A stretch of 64,000 bases of DNA from Perkinsus chesapeaki ATCC PRA-425 (taxonomy: Eukaryota; Protista; Perkinsozoa), in assembly GCA_013115145.1 (NCBI GenBank), contig JAAPAO010000018.1:62001-126000 (forward strand), in the 5' to 3' direction. Below are positions 23,700-36,094 of the stretch, in pieces. The position numbers were made by a program, and so were the translations under genes. The notes under the pieces are model-generated. The model had not been told where the DNA came from. It saw only the letters and a program-made list of their open reading frames with translations, and did no database searches. Numbering within the stretch: the first letter of the stretch is position 1; each line of letters begins with the position of its first letter.

Positions 23700-26600
23700 G
23701 ACAGCACACGCAGTTCAAGACCTGCAACCGCAATTCGATTGGGGCGGCATATGTGAGCTATTTCAATCGTTCGCCTCTTATTCGGTAATAACGTATCTGC
23801 CAGTACTCCTGTGAGCATAAGCCAAACTACTTCTCTGAGGTAAGTGGACATTATTTGCACCTTTGCGCATCAATGCATTATTCGTTTAGTTTGTGCAGAG
23901 TAACTCAGTTCAACACAACAATCAATTCCTAGCTGAAGCTCTGTCCTGCATAATAAACATGAACCGTCACATTCGCCGCCATACAACAATTGAACTTATG
24001 GCCGAAAACTTGTCGATCGCTGTCCAGGTTATACGATAATCATTTGACTGGTCTGGTTCGACTTGCCATCTCATCCAAGTGATGCCTGAAAACATCAACC
24101 TACCAAACTTCCCTTCCTGAGGTTATCTTTTCCTAGAAGAATGGTAAAGGCTCACATTGTCTGTCATTAATGCTCTTCTCCTGGATTTCCTCAGCACTGA
24201 GCAAACCGTTAACATAAACGGACTTACTTTCGACGACGATCTTATGGTTCAACGAGTTTTGCTGGAAAGGTTTGAGTAATCTACATGCCTTGGAGCCCGT
24301 GGAGGATGAACAGCTCACCCACGATCCTTGCAGTGCCCGCCAGACATCTCCTATCGATTGCAACGGTGGGAGAGACCCTACCGAGCTGAAACGCAGACGC
24401 GTCAACGTATCCTTCTTTACATCGTCGCCTGACCAATACTTTCGGTTGGATAGGCTAAGAGTCTCCCTAAGACATACTGCTGGTCTCCTGATCCTTGTCT
24501 TTTTTCTCATGAGTCATTCCGCCTTTCGCGTCTACTCTGTTGTGATCGGGTTGTGGGTCACTAGAAATCTTGATACATATGTCGGAGGAAAGGCTGTCGC
24601 ATGCATCTGATGCACAATTATTTATCTATCATTATGGTCTACACTGCAAGGTGTGAAGGTAAGCGCCATTCGTGACAGCAACGAAACTATCTAAAAATGT
24701 GCGCCGTTGAAACAACAACAGCGCTGTGCCGTCGCTGGTGACTCCAGGCATCAGACGTATTTTCCAACCAAGCCGCACCTGGCGGTCTTCCGATTATTCG
24801 TTGTCCACTTTCACGCAGTGTCAAGCAGCGAATCGCGGGATCTGCGCTCATTGTCATCATTTGCCTAAAGCACCACAGGATCTATTGGCCGTGACGCCCA
24901 CATAAAGCTGTACCACTGGTTCCTTTCCATATCCGTTCGCCGTTTTCTGAGGTTAACCAGGACAGCCAAATCATCATGCAGGCTGGTGGCTCGATCGATC
25001 TCCATCGTGGCGGGTATAATTCTCTCGGTGAGAGACTTACTCAGCCTTTTTCGTCCTTCTAAGACGGTTTTCCGCCTGACGACTCACAAAGCCTCAGACC
25101 AGAAACAGCAACGCTTTCCTGACCAGCTGGCTTCCTGGGCATACGAACGTTCCATCTTCTCCAACTCGTAACACTCTTCCAGCATCTTCCACTTCCTTTC
25201 AGACCGGCTGCGAATTCTCTTCAGTTTACTGCAGAATCTGCTCGCCATGGTAACAAATCGTCTCATTGATACCTGCCAACTTCATCGCATGATGAACACC
25301 CTTCCATCTCTCCTCTATCGAAAATGTTCCGCAATTTTAACAGCTTCTTCCCAGCGTATTTCTCGCGTTGTATGACAGCACTTTCGTATCTATAAAACAC
25401 AGTTGGTCGTGCCCAGTCTCGCTCTCTGCACGCTTTCTCTTCCTTGACTATCGTGCCATGCACGACTGCTGTGCGGATTGCCTGAAATACTCGGTATCTG
25501 TGCAGAAGCGAGAACGCGCGACCGCTGCTCTAATCCTTATACTTCCACATGTCGTCCAACTGCAGTGTGAAGCAGTTATCGGCTGTCGCGTTCACTGTAG
25601 GTAAGAGACCGAGCCTGTGGGCGACTCCTTGGGACCGGATGTTGTCGTTTCGACAGTAAATTAGGAGCTCTGTCACATTATCGCCCTCACAGAGCTCTCG
25701 TTTGACCTAAAAATGCCTCAAACATCAAGTTTAATCTCGAATCCTCAAGCAGCTTGCTGAACGTAGCCCTACAAAGTCGAGCATAACTATAACAGCTGTG
25801 GTGACAAGCCCTTTTCCCTCTGCCCATTGTGCAAGCCAATATGAGACATCCAGAAATTGATAGGGAGTATCAGTTTTGGGGCAGACCCGACCGAACTTCT
25901 CGAACCTGTCGTGACAGTTGAGGTGTGAAAACCCGCTCGACTGGTAACCATATCATTCCGGCCAGCTTCCGTGTCCCGTCTTCTGCGTCAAGCCATATCC
26001 CACTGTAGTAGGCGAGCTTGTCAATGAGTAGCTGCTTCCATTTTACTATGCATTCCTGAACCTCCCTCTTGTGCACATACCTAGAAAAGCTGGTAGCCCT
26101 TTCCCTGATGGATGTCGATGTTACTGAGTTATATCACTCCTTCGAATGCCCGTATCTCTCAGTCGGTCGCGGTTAGCTCTGAGGGTCCTAATGTCAACTC
26201 TTCGTGGATTCTCGATCCTCTTGTCAAGCCTACTCCTTGAGAATCTTCCAGTCATCCATCACCAGAGGTTGGCAGTAGAACTGCGTGGCGCCCAAAGGCA
26301 CTTTCCAGGCCTTGAAGGTCCCGTCATTCTCAAGACACTTGGGAATGTCCTGAGCCGGACACCTACAGGAGATGGTGAGCAGCGTGTGGTGTTGGCTGAG
26401 ACCCCTCACTTTAAGCACAAGCCATCAGGAGGTAGAAGCCTCGGGGGCGTCGAGCTCGCACCAATGAAGAGGACGCCATCAGATGTCCCAAGGATCATCA
26501 TCAGACACGGTGGTCGAGAGTGAATCCCCGTGTCAGTGATAATAATCATCGGTACCTTGGGAACGAGGCAATGTCACACGCTCATAGGGGGCTCTCCTTT

Positions 26601-27450
26601 GAGGTTCTCCACAGGTGCTACTTTGAAGCATGGTCGAATATACATTTAACACACGGATGAGACGATCGCTGTACTAACCTCCTGGAGCGCCCCATCCGTG
26701 GGAAGGTGGAGAGTGCCCGTGCCTTCCTCTACGATCCAGACGTGATCTAACGATACTTCTTCATCGAGCCCCGAGATATTCGACATCGGCCGTCGGACCA
26801 GAAATCTGGAAGGACATTGCGATTGTTTTAATTGCGATAGCATCGGGAGCGCCGGCTCAGAGGCTGGAGGAGAGGCGAAAGCACTCCTGTGAAGAGCAGC
26901 GTGGGACTTTCAAGCGAACTGCCACAATCGTGAGTGTGAGAGTTGATTCAGGCAGAGGGAGCCGAATGACTCACATATCAATATTGCATTTCCCGTCAAT
27001 ATTTAGAGTGAGCCTTGCAAGTTCATCATGCAAGAACTCAACCTGATCGATAGATCATTGGTTTGGCTTTATCATTTCGACCTCAGCTTCCTCCACTGCA
27101 GCCTCTTGAACGGACATGAGAACTTTGTAAACTTGTTCAATGTGACTTGATTCCGCAAAAACCCGCATATAATGGCGGAACTGCCACACGGCAAGAGGCC
27201 AGTCAATGACTGGCGATCATGGTCGAGCATTGGGCCTACGGATGTAGTAGGACTTCCATATGCCTCGATACGCAAGTTAAGTTGTGTAGGTTCTTCCTTG
27301 GCAGATCCACGGCTTCGCTGGTACACAACGTCTGTGAGGGATATCGAATCATTTTGGAGCTGATAGGCTTACCTTCTTCCTGATCATGGCTGGGCTCGAC
27401 TGGGAGGAAGGATCCAAGTTGGATGGAGGCTCGATGTGGCCCTAGCGGGG
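23700..27450 (-). CDS. One or more unresolved hypothetical multi-exon genes, possibly including a C-terminal extension of the sirtuin
   Basis: Short minus-strand ORF fragments bounded by GT/AG, e.g. AETPGAPLG...DQEE, VEFLHDELARLTLNIDG and LLIDKLAYYSGIWLD. No family recognised. Confidence 0.3.
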
Positions 27451-27469
27451 CACCTGGGGTCTCGGCCTG

Positions 27470-29260
27470 TTAGAAAACGAAGTCGAGGAAGCGTATCTTT
27501 CTAACATATGCATACTTGCGATGCCTGGAGACTGTCGGTGAGCTTAGGAGCCCTCTCGGGTTTAAAGGTAAGTTCTGCCACTTCATCATCAATGACAAGC
27601 TCCTGCGGGAGGATCCCATCTTCACGTTGCTGGTGCGATACAACTCTCTCCCAAAGCAAAGTGGGCTGCACGACGCTTCGTAATACAGTTGGAACTGCTT
27701 GTTTACATTCCTAATGTGGGCTTCAACACCTTTCATCTCGAGCTCGATTAGCTCTTCCAGCCACCCACACATCTCGCTTAGCCGAGTAATCGAAGCGTCA
27801 CAGTCACCTAAATCTTCGGTTCCTGGTCACCTAGCCCTGAGCCAGGCATACCAAGCATTGCTACGTCACGGTAGTTGTCGTCCAGGTGGAAGCGGAAGCC
27901 TCTGTTACCAAAAGTGGGAGGGTTCAAAGGATCGGCCAACCTAAAGGGAACATAGCACGGCCACAATCGAAGTGTTCCAACAAGCCAGCGGGCTCTTTAT
28001 TGATGAGAACGCGAGGTGTGGACCGAGGTACAGAGCCAATGAGGCCGGCAAAAGGCATAACTCTGAGTGAAGTGCCCATCACGATGAGGAGATCACAACT
28101 GGGAAAATCATCCAAAACCAGCTCCCGGTAACTGGCAACCGAAACTATATGAGCTGCCACAGAGAAGCCGTACTGGTCTTTTATTTTCTCTTTGAAAAAG
28201 GTCACGTCTGGCTTCACTAACCCTTGGCAGTTTAAACATCGAGGAGGAGTCACCCGTTCCGAATCCTTATTCGATATCCTAGCCCGATACCTGCTGTGCA
28301 CAATTTGTGCTGCACAAGCAGAACAAGCGATGACACTCACCATCGGATATCATGCTGTGAGTTGCAATCAATGCAATGACAGTCCGAGAACGAGCCATGC
28401 CAGAAGACCACCTTTTCTGATGTCAAGCCGCACCCGTGCTCGAGACCGTCTATGTTTTGGGTATATACCCTAATCTTCCGATACGAGAGAAGAATTCGGT
28501 ATGAGAGCTCGCCTGCCTGAGTAACATTCCTTTCTTCTCTAGGAGTCTTATGAAATAGTGTGCTCTTGTTGGTAAGTACTGCCCAGGGAAAAGGTCTGGT
28601 ACTAAAGTCGTGAAGGGTTCAGGATTGCCTTTAAAGTAACTGATACACAATGTGGGTAACATACACGGTTCAGCAAGATGCAGGTAACCACTCTCGAGAT
28701 TAGGAAGGCGGAATGTAGCGATCGCGGAAGCTGGACTGAAGGTGACTTCACGAAACATGACAATCAACAACAACCTCACTGTATCGCGATAATATTTCGA
28801 GGAAATGCGGTTTAGCTAGCAATACACTGAATTGCGAAGTTAATAGCTTCAAGTGGTCATTCATGCTGTAATGTGAACCGGCGAGATACATCCCAAACTG
28901 GATACTTTATGTCAAACATAGCCTCTGGGCGGGGTAGGTCGAAGTGACCAAGTCTGGCATAGAGCCCACTAGTGGGGGATCGGAAGTCGGGTATCCCAGA
29001 CGAAACGGAGATCCCAGCCCCTGCCATTACGATGATGCGACCTAGCAGACAGGAGTAACGGTGCTGTGGTTAGCGACTCCGACTGGAGGTAGCTTACGGC
29101 AAGCCCCTGACTTGAGTAGTTCTGTCAGACTCCTTGGTCCAGGCCTCAACCCAAGAAGTGCCGAGCTGCGTCTTAAGGGGATGGGTATAGACACAGGCTG
29201 AGCAGCGAGCAGCGAGGTCGAGGTATTTCCATATAATACGAGATTATGCAGTTGTCCGAA
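27470..29260 (-). CDS. Sir2-family class I NAD-dependent deacylase (SIRT2/Hst2-like), multi-exon
   Basis: IIVMAGAGISVSSGIPDFRSP, YFKGNPEPF...PTRAHYFIRLLEKKGMLLR/VYTQNIDGLE, WHGSFSDCHCIDC, RCLNCQGLVKPDVTFF, DLLIVMGTSLRVMPFAGL and PRVLINKE are all canonical sirtuin motifs. True start and stop not resolved. Confidence 0.92.
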
Positions 29261-29280
29261 ATACTAGCATTGTCACGTCT

Positions 29281-30300
29281 TTAGTATGCCACCTCTGACA
29301 TTCGCTTCGCAGCATGTGGAAGCTCCGGGGGAGAGAAAGACTCTACTTCAAAGTTCTGTCCCTCAATCAGTGCTCGGGGATGAGTGTGAAGCGAGCTGAA
29401 AATGTACGGGAATATATGGCGAGTATAGCAAGCAATCACGTTTGCTCTCCAAGCTGGGTTGTTATTCTGTATCTGACATGCGTGCGTTGAGCAAGTAGTT
29501 GAGCTTCGAAGAGTCCTCACGCGAAATACGCCTCCACATGGGTTCTCTCGCTGGAGCGTATCGATAGAACGCTTTCAATTCGCCCACTGCATGGTCCAAT
29601 GATTTCACTGACCTTTTCTGGAGGGTTAGTACTAATAAGTATCCTGCGAAGGTCAGGTTGAAAGTTTGAGTTACCGTGCCCGAAACTGGTAGCAGCCCTA
29701 CCACTGTCCAGCTGACCGTGAGTCTTTGCGCGCCATTGGCCGGAGGCACTCCATTACGCCGAACGAATACTTCCTAGCGAGATCCATCGACGTCGACTTG
29801 GCAAGCAGAAGGAGAGCATCGAGCACCCCGAAATCCAAAAACTGAATTTCACACAATGGACTCGGTCGGCTCGGTAAGAGGTCACCAAGTCGAGTCCGCG
29901 GGCCGATTTACTGGGTACCACATTGAGGCTCACCTGAGTGTGCAAAGCCGATGAATCCTTACGCGAAGGATGTGCCACCAGTTTGGAGTTCCTACCCGAA
30001 GGTCTTCTGGATTCGCGATTTCGGCAGTGACCCATTCGATGGCCGACCGAGTATACAGGCTTCGCGACCGACCGTCAGAGATGGGTTCATTGAAAGGGTC
30101 CACACACGTCCAGAGCAAATTAGAACTATCAAGTTCACAAGTTTGGCAAATGACAGCCACGACGCAGTTCACGCTACCGTTGAGGATTTGAGTGGCAGGC
30201 TATTCCCGTTGATTCATCGGCACGGGAACGAAATATGTCGTATCTATCACAGGCCGTGAATGTCGACTCAGGCTGATGCTGACATGAATATTAGCGAGGA
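29281..30300 (-). CDS. Hypothetical exons upstream of the sirtuin core (N-terminal extension or separate gene)
   Basis: Open fragments, e.g. CVDPFNEPISDG...WVTAEIANPEDLRVG and AVGELKAFYRYAPAREPMWRR, separated by short intron-like gaps. Confidence 0.35.
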
Positions 30301-30647
30301 CGTCGATATCTTACATTTCTTCCAATTGCCTGCTAAAGCCGTTACATGCAGGGCCGCATAGCACCACACGTATCTTAAGATGAAGACAGCAACCAGGGCT
30401 AAAATGCTCTACTCGTTATCTACCCGATCCTTCATCTGATTGTAACGGATTAGCTCTTCTATTCGGATACGCGCTAGTCTGACGAAAAGAGGCACGCAAG
30501 CTTCACTTGGGTAGTCGGCCTTCGCCTCTCACTCTGCCATAGCGCTTGTACCAAGTGTCCAGTTCAGCGAAATGAATCCATTATCGGTGTTAATCGGCTC
30601 TCTACATCTTTCCAATGTACTCTTCCACGTAGCAAGTCGCGTCCACT

Positions 30648-32100
30648 CTATCTGATTATGCTGCGTTCTGGGGACTTTCGCATTGAGACTCGGCGACCCA
30701 CATGTGACTTTGAAGGTTTAAAACAAACATATAAAAAGACCCTGTTGGTCATGAAGATTTTGCCAGATGGCGAGATTGCAAGCCTTGAGGATGACAGCTC
30801 GCACTCATGACAGACTAGGTCCTCCAGCAGCGCGTCTGATGAATCATCGCTTTGTGTTTCAACTAGTGCTTGCCAGCTCACACCTCGTACGAGCTCACAA
30901 AAAGGAGTTCTTTCTTCTGAGGGTACCCCACTAATCGAGACATATGCCCCACCGGCTTTGAGAACTCTTTTCACTTGCCCGATCGCGGCCGTAGCGATGG
31001 AAGCGTTGTCCTTACTATAGAGAATGCAGTCCATAAGACCTAGGCAGATAAATAGAATACATCGTGGCTTCACAGACGACTCTAACCTTTATCTACGACC
31101 AAAGAAAAGTGTCCGCCAGGGAGATCGTGTGCTTCCGCAAAGCCTTGTTGATAGTTAACACCGTCCCGGGGATGCGATTCCACTGAAGAATCCCTCGACG
31201 TTTTAAGAGTGAGTTTTGCGTGAGGTAACAGAACAGCGCCCTGGGAGCAAAAAACCTACCCATTCCGGCAATCGCTGTATCGCTCGCATCCATAGCTGTG
31301 ACCTGACAACCAAACGTCATCAGCTTGTTCTCGGTGGATCGGGGTGGAAATAGCAAACAAGTGCAAGTCTAATAAGCAATAAATAGAAAGCTTTCACCAT
31401 GCTTACCGCTGTGTATCCGATGGTTATGAGCTCTTGAGGTAGTCTACTATTACCACAGCCAAGAACCTGATGGTATAAGGCTGATATCCAAATTGGGTAA
31501 TTCAGCTGGGCTAGGCTATCTACAGGGGCTCGGAACCCCACCTTCGGATAGAAGGTTTTCACAACCGATTAAGTGTTGCCCAAGTGTTACCAGGGCGTTG
31601 GCGTCCCTGCAATCATATGATAGCCTCGTAGCAGTCTCGAAGCCGTCATCGCTGAAAATTTGGTCGCTAGTAGGCGTCGGCAACGAGCGTGAAGATATAG
31701 GCTCCAGTCTGTCAAAATGCAATTACGTGCATACTGAACTTCAGTTACTTAAGTATATGTACTGTATGATATATGTTACTACCACACCACCCGCTAGTGT
31801 GATCTACACCATGGAAAGGTTACTCTAGCCCAGTATAAGTACAAGTAAAATACCGTGATGAGGACAAAGAACATTCCGTGACGGATACGCATGGTACCTT
31901 GGTCTAAGTATATCGTTGAAGTCGGCCTGTATCTCACTGAATGACGCGAGCCACTCGAAATCGCTGCCGAAAACACCTTTTTGGTAAGCGGCTTCCCACT
32001 GGGCGCAGTCAATCAAATTCGAGAAGTGTCGCTCGACCTGAGCCCATGCAAGCAGTGTAAAGATCGTCAAATAAACTCGACTGGCCAATGCTATGGTCAT
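30648..32100 (-). CDS. Class I SAM-dependent methyltransferase, EEF1AKMT4/METTL13-N-like, multi-exon
   Basis: QWEAAYQKG...DFEWLASFSEI, VLGCGNSRLPQEL, VTAMDASDTAIAGM and GLMDCIL...IGQVKRVLKAGGAYVSIS; hydrophobic N-terminus. Confidence 0.8.
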
Positions 32101-33324
32101 ACGCACGGTAACGTTCGCTCGAGTGTTGTGGTACGTACGTCCGCCACTATGTTATGCTCTTTGGATGGTGTGGAGCTATGGCTCAGCCTATATCGCGGCT
32201 TAAACTTCTGGCTCATGTAAACGGAGTAACAATTATACACCGACCGTACTGGGGCAAGGCCCGCATCGCGTCAGTACTCCAACGGAACTGTAATTCGTTA
32301 CAGACGGTAGGCATCTTTCTAGGCACGCGCTTTGTCATCCAGGCTCGTGTTCAGCGCTTTTGTGTTCTTTCTACAGTTATAAAGAATCGATTGAACACGG
32401 GCATCACGTGCCTGTTGCACATACACTCATACAGTGCGGAATTATTGTGGTATCTTCTGATACGAAATAGAGTACCAGTACAGCGGTGTGACACAGCTCT
32501 ATGAAAAGAAAGCTACCTACATCTACGGACGAATGAGGTTGCCCGCAATCGTTGCAAGATACTGGGTTACAGCGAGACCGGATTTGCGGAGCTCTCCATT
32601 AACCGCGCTAATTCAACACTAATTGCGAGGGAATAAACATGAAATCACAGATATTTGGCACATCGTTGAAGTAAGGACCCATGAAATATCCACAGCTAAG
32701 GAGCATGCGTAATGCACGGAGCCGAGAGGTAGATAACTGGAGTGTTCCTTCAATCGAGACACGCTTCGTAATTTAACGTAACTCAGTAGCTTATAGCAGC
32801 GGATTCACCATTAAATGCCATCACTGTAACATCTGTAGGACACAGTGTACGGCCTGACCACTGGGGGAACTCAACATGACTACGGGTAGAGATATATGAG
32901 AGAAAAAACAATGAGCAATGAACAGCCGAGAGCGTGCGTACAACTAATCGCTAACGCTCATAGCTAATGGCTGCCCGCACGCATACTCACCACTAACAGC
33001 GCGCTTGGCCGCACAACAGCATAGTATAATACTCAGAAAACGAAACTTCATTTGCCTGTGTATCAAAACTTGACCCCCTGCGCAAGCTTCTACCCCCGTA
33101 GAATCCTCTCGATTCAACTCAGAATGAACAACAAAACCCTTATAGACGGAAACGCACGCAGATTGGGGACAGCGCAACATGTTCGCCCTGTCACCGAGCG
33201 TGGCACAGCTACGAGCGGCTTTCGATGAACAAAAGGTCACGTGTTGAATTGTGGTGGAAATTTGACTCGTACAGCACACGAAGAACTGTATCCCATTGTG
33301 GTTTGTAGTTAGCTGAAAGTCGTG

Positions 33325-34122
33325 ATGCTCCATTGTCTCACCATCATCATTGCTGTCACTGCTACCTTCGGTATTGTGCGTGGGCAGTATGTGGATAGCA
33401 CTATTCCCGAAGGCCGCTATGTGGATAGTAACAACCAATCTCAGTTTCGTGTATATGCTGAACAGAGTATTGACGGCTATTTGGCAACCGACACGTTTAA
33501 ATTTCTCTTCTTTTACGTACGTTATGTTGTGGACCAAACAACAGGCAAGATGAGCCTCGAGGGTGAGCCCTTCCGGAGGGATCCTGGAAAGTTCCCATTC
33601 GCCTTTCCCCTTTGGACGATGAGCTATAATAGGAGCTTGAGGGAGGTCCATCTTACCGCGTATACGTATCGTGTACGCTTTCGGTTGGTCACTAACAAAA
33701 CTGTATATCATGATGATAGGGAGGTTCTCTCGACCACTCCTAGCCCTACAATATCTTATCTGGTTCAGCATCTCCCCCTCGACAAGCCACTTTGCCTGTC
33801 CAGGGAAGTCCCCACGATGCCTTTCGACCCGTCAAGGTTCACTTTTGGATCCAAGCATCTTAGCGGTATCCTAAATTATAACGATTTGGTATGGGCAAAC
33901 ATTCGTGATATGAAGTATAGCCTACGGAAACGCTCCGATGGAGCCATATACGTGATACCCGATTTCCCGCCTTATTATCGGTTCCCATTTATGTACTTCA
34001 ACTTCACATTGGAATATCATACCACGACGAGCTCACTGATGATGGCCACTAAAAACGCAGTGCACCACCCAGATGGGTCAACGGTCCCCCAGCGAAGAGT
34101 TTTCAATGCCGGCGCGTGCTGA
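33325..34122 (+). CDS. Single-exon putative secreted protein, about 265 aa, unknown function
   Basis: Intact ORF with signal peptide MLHCLTIIIAVTATFGIVRG followed by IPEGRYV; rich in aromatic residues. Confidence 0.75.
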   Translation: MLHCLTIIIAVTATFGIVRGQYVDSTIPEGRYVDSNNQSQFRVYAEQSIDGYLATDTFKFLFFYVRYVVDQTTGKMSLEGEPFRRDPGKFPFAFPLWTMSYNRSLREVHLTAYTYRVRFRLVTNKTVYHDDREVLSTTPSPTISYLVQHLPLDKPLCLSREVPTMPFDPSRFTFGSKHLSGILNYNDLVWANIRDMKYSLRKRSDGAIYVIPDFPPYYRFPFMYFNFTLEYHTTTSSLMMATKNAVHHPDGSTVPQRRVFNAGAC

Positions 34123-34632
34123 TGCTCGACCGGGAAACTGATTGCATATTCGTCATTCAGCTCGACCTCGAGTCTGAGAATTTTATCATAGGACTTCTAT
34201 AATGATTCATTATTATCGCACAAGCTCGCTAAATACCGGGCTTCCTTCTTCGTATACGGGAGCTTAGAAGCTTGGTGGCTCGGTAGCGGTTCATCATAGC
34301 CACGATGTTATGGTTTATGTGTAGCCCTCAACCATTGATACTCGACACCTATCTGACTCCTTATCGAGGTTCGTCTGCATCAACGCTGAGAGCCGAGAGA
34401 GCGTTTCATGTACGGTCTTCGTAGTTGTGCTGGTCACCTTCGCTACGAAGTTTGCGTAGTCACACCTATGCTCGCCAAGACTGTTTTTTGAACCTTACTC
34501 TCAGCTTCGAGCTGAAGTGTAACCTTGGATTACACCGGGCACCGAACTTCACCGGAAACAGTTTGCAGTGGGGAGGGACTACGAAGACGAATTCTCAAGA
34601 CGGTTTGCACCTGAGAGGGGTTGCGTCACGTA

Positions 34633-34785
34633 TGTAACACAATTGTAACACAATATTGTTGATTACTGTCCCTAGTATCATTAAGCTAAGCTATGGCTAA
34701 GTCCTTATTTATATACTAGCATTATTATACTCAAATATATATTATCCAATATTATAGGATATTGAGTTGTTCCCTTTGGGTAACA
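34633..34785 (+). repeat. 5' LTR
   Basis: 152/153 identical to the 3' LTR (C34774 vs G40146). Confidence 0.97.
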
Positions 34786-34787
34786 TT

Positions 34788-34797
34788 TGGTAGCAGC
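34788..34797 (+). promoter_or_regulatory. Primer-binding site TGGTAGCAGC, probably for initiator tRNA-Met
   Basis: Starts 2 nt after the 5' LTR; TGGTAGCAG is complementary to the 3' end typical of eukaryotic initiator tRNA-Met. Confidence 0.75.
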
Positions 34798-34879
34798 TCC
34801 TTGTTAAGACTTCGCCCTCTTTAACGCCATTTACTGATACTATTGGTTTCTCTGGTTACATATTGTGATATTATATACG

Positions 34880-36094
34880 ATGTCTACCCCTTCACGTTAT
34901 ACGGCTCTACCCCCGACCTATGATGGTAATACTAGTTTTTCCGCGTGGGAAAAACGGTTTCGTTTGTGCGTGCGTGCAAATGGTTGGTCAAGCGAAGACG
35001 CGCTTTTGAAGTTGCCCACGTTGCTCTCAGATAGTGCCCTTTCAACATGGGTTGGGTTACCAGATTCCGATATCGCCACACTGGACTCTGCATTGAAGGC
35101 TCTACGGAATGAACTATCACCTGAGACCTTTGTAAGTTTTGATTTATTTCAAACTCGACGTTGGAATCAGAATGCTGAGTCCTTAGATGATTATGGTTTT
35201 GCTCTTGGTACTTTATTGGATCAAAGTGGTCTGAATCTATCAACTCAATCACGTGAGTCTCTGCTTACGTCTAGGTTTATAAGCGGCCTACCGTCTTCTA
35301 TTCAGAAGGACATGCGAAAGTCTCGAGAAGCTACCACTAGCTTTAAAGAAGCTGTGAGGGCTGCTAAGAGACTGTATACTATACAATTAGCTTCGAGAGA
35401 TATGGATCCGTTTCAGGCCTCTCCAATATCACAAGGCTCGCCTGCTTTACCTTTAAATGTTTTCCCCGTCTCTAATCTTCCGTCGTCGACTGCTACTACA
35501 CCCCCTACAAGCAATGGTTCGTCTCCAGCTCCTTTACAAGTCCCACGAAATGATAATGCTCCCTCAGTACAAGCTTTGAATGGTTTGAACGGTGTCAGTA
35601 CCATTAATGCTATTTCTGATCTAGCCAATGCTATGGTTAGCTTTATTAATGGGAAGTCTCGGGGACATTCAGGAAATTCGACTGCGTCTAGCAATCGTAA
35701 TTTTTCCCGTAATGGTAACCAGATTCGTTGTGATTATTGTGGTATTCAAGGCCACAAATGGCGCAATTGTAGAAAATTGCAAGCATCCCTAAGGAATGGT
35801 GGAAATCCTAGAGATCGCTTTGTTAATGGGAATCGAGATAATTCCTTTCAATCTCGCCCACAGTTCAGTGACCGTTCCCAACAACTTGGATATATTAACT
35901 ATGCATCGACTACGCCGACTGTAGGTTCCTCTCCGAGTCCTTTTCAACCTCCTCAATATGGTTCGTCAACGCCCCCGTCTCCTCCAGGCTTACTTCCGGC
36001 CCCTCAGGGAAACGACAACGGGACTACTACTGCGGAGGAAGCGGTAGCCCCCAATGTTATGTACCTCCAGAGAAATGCGAACGAGAGTCATTAG
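34880..36094 (+). CDS. gag: Retrotransposon Gag
   Basis: ORF with CCHC zinc knuckle CDYCGIQGHKWRNC and a capsid-like N-terminus (FSAWEKRFRLCVRANGW). Confidence 0.9.
   Translation: MSTPSRYTALPPTYDGNTSFSAWEKRFRLCVRANGWSSEDALLKLPTLLSDSALSTWVGLPDSDIATLDSALKALRNELSPETFVSFDLFQTRRWNQNAESLDDYGFALGTLLDQSGLNLSTQSRESLLTSRFISGLPSSIQKDMRKSREATTSFKEAVRAAKRLYTIQLASRDMDPFQASPISQGSPALPLNVFPVSNLPSSTATTPPTSNGSSPAPLQVPRNDNAPSVQALNGLNGVSTINAISDLANAMVSFINGKSRGHSGNSTASSNRNFSRNGNQIRCDYCGIQGHKWRNCRKLQASLRNGGNPRDRFVNGNRDNSFQSRPQFSDRSQQLGYINYASTTPTVGSSPSPFQPPQYGSSTPPSPPGLLPAPQGNDNGTTTAEEAVAPNVMYLQRNANESH

Noticed and set aside
32944-33771. 275-aa minus-strand ORF
   Set aside because: Largely antisense to the well-formed secreted ORF 33325-34122; TTG start and no recognisable domain.
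34425-34637. Host ORF disrupted by the gypsy insertion
   Set aside because: Rejoining the flanks at the TSD gives only short frames with stops; no evidence of a gene.
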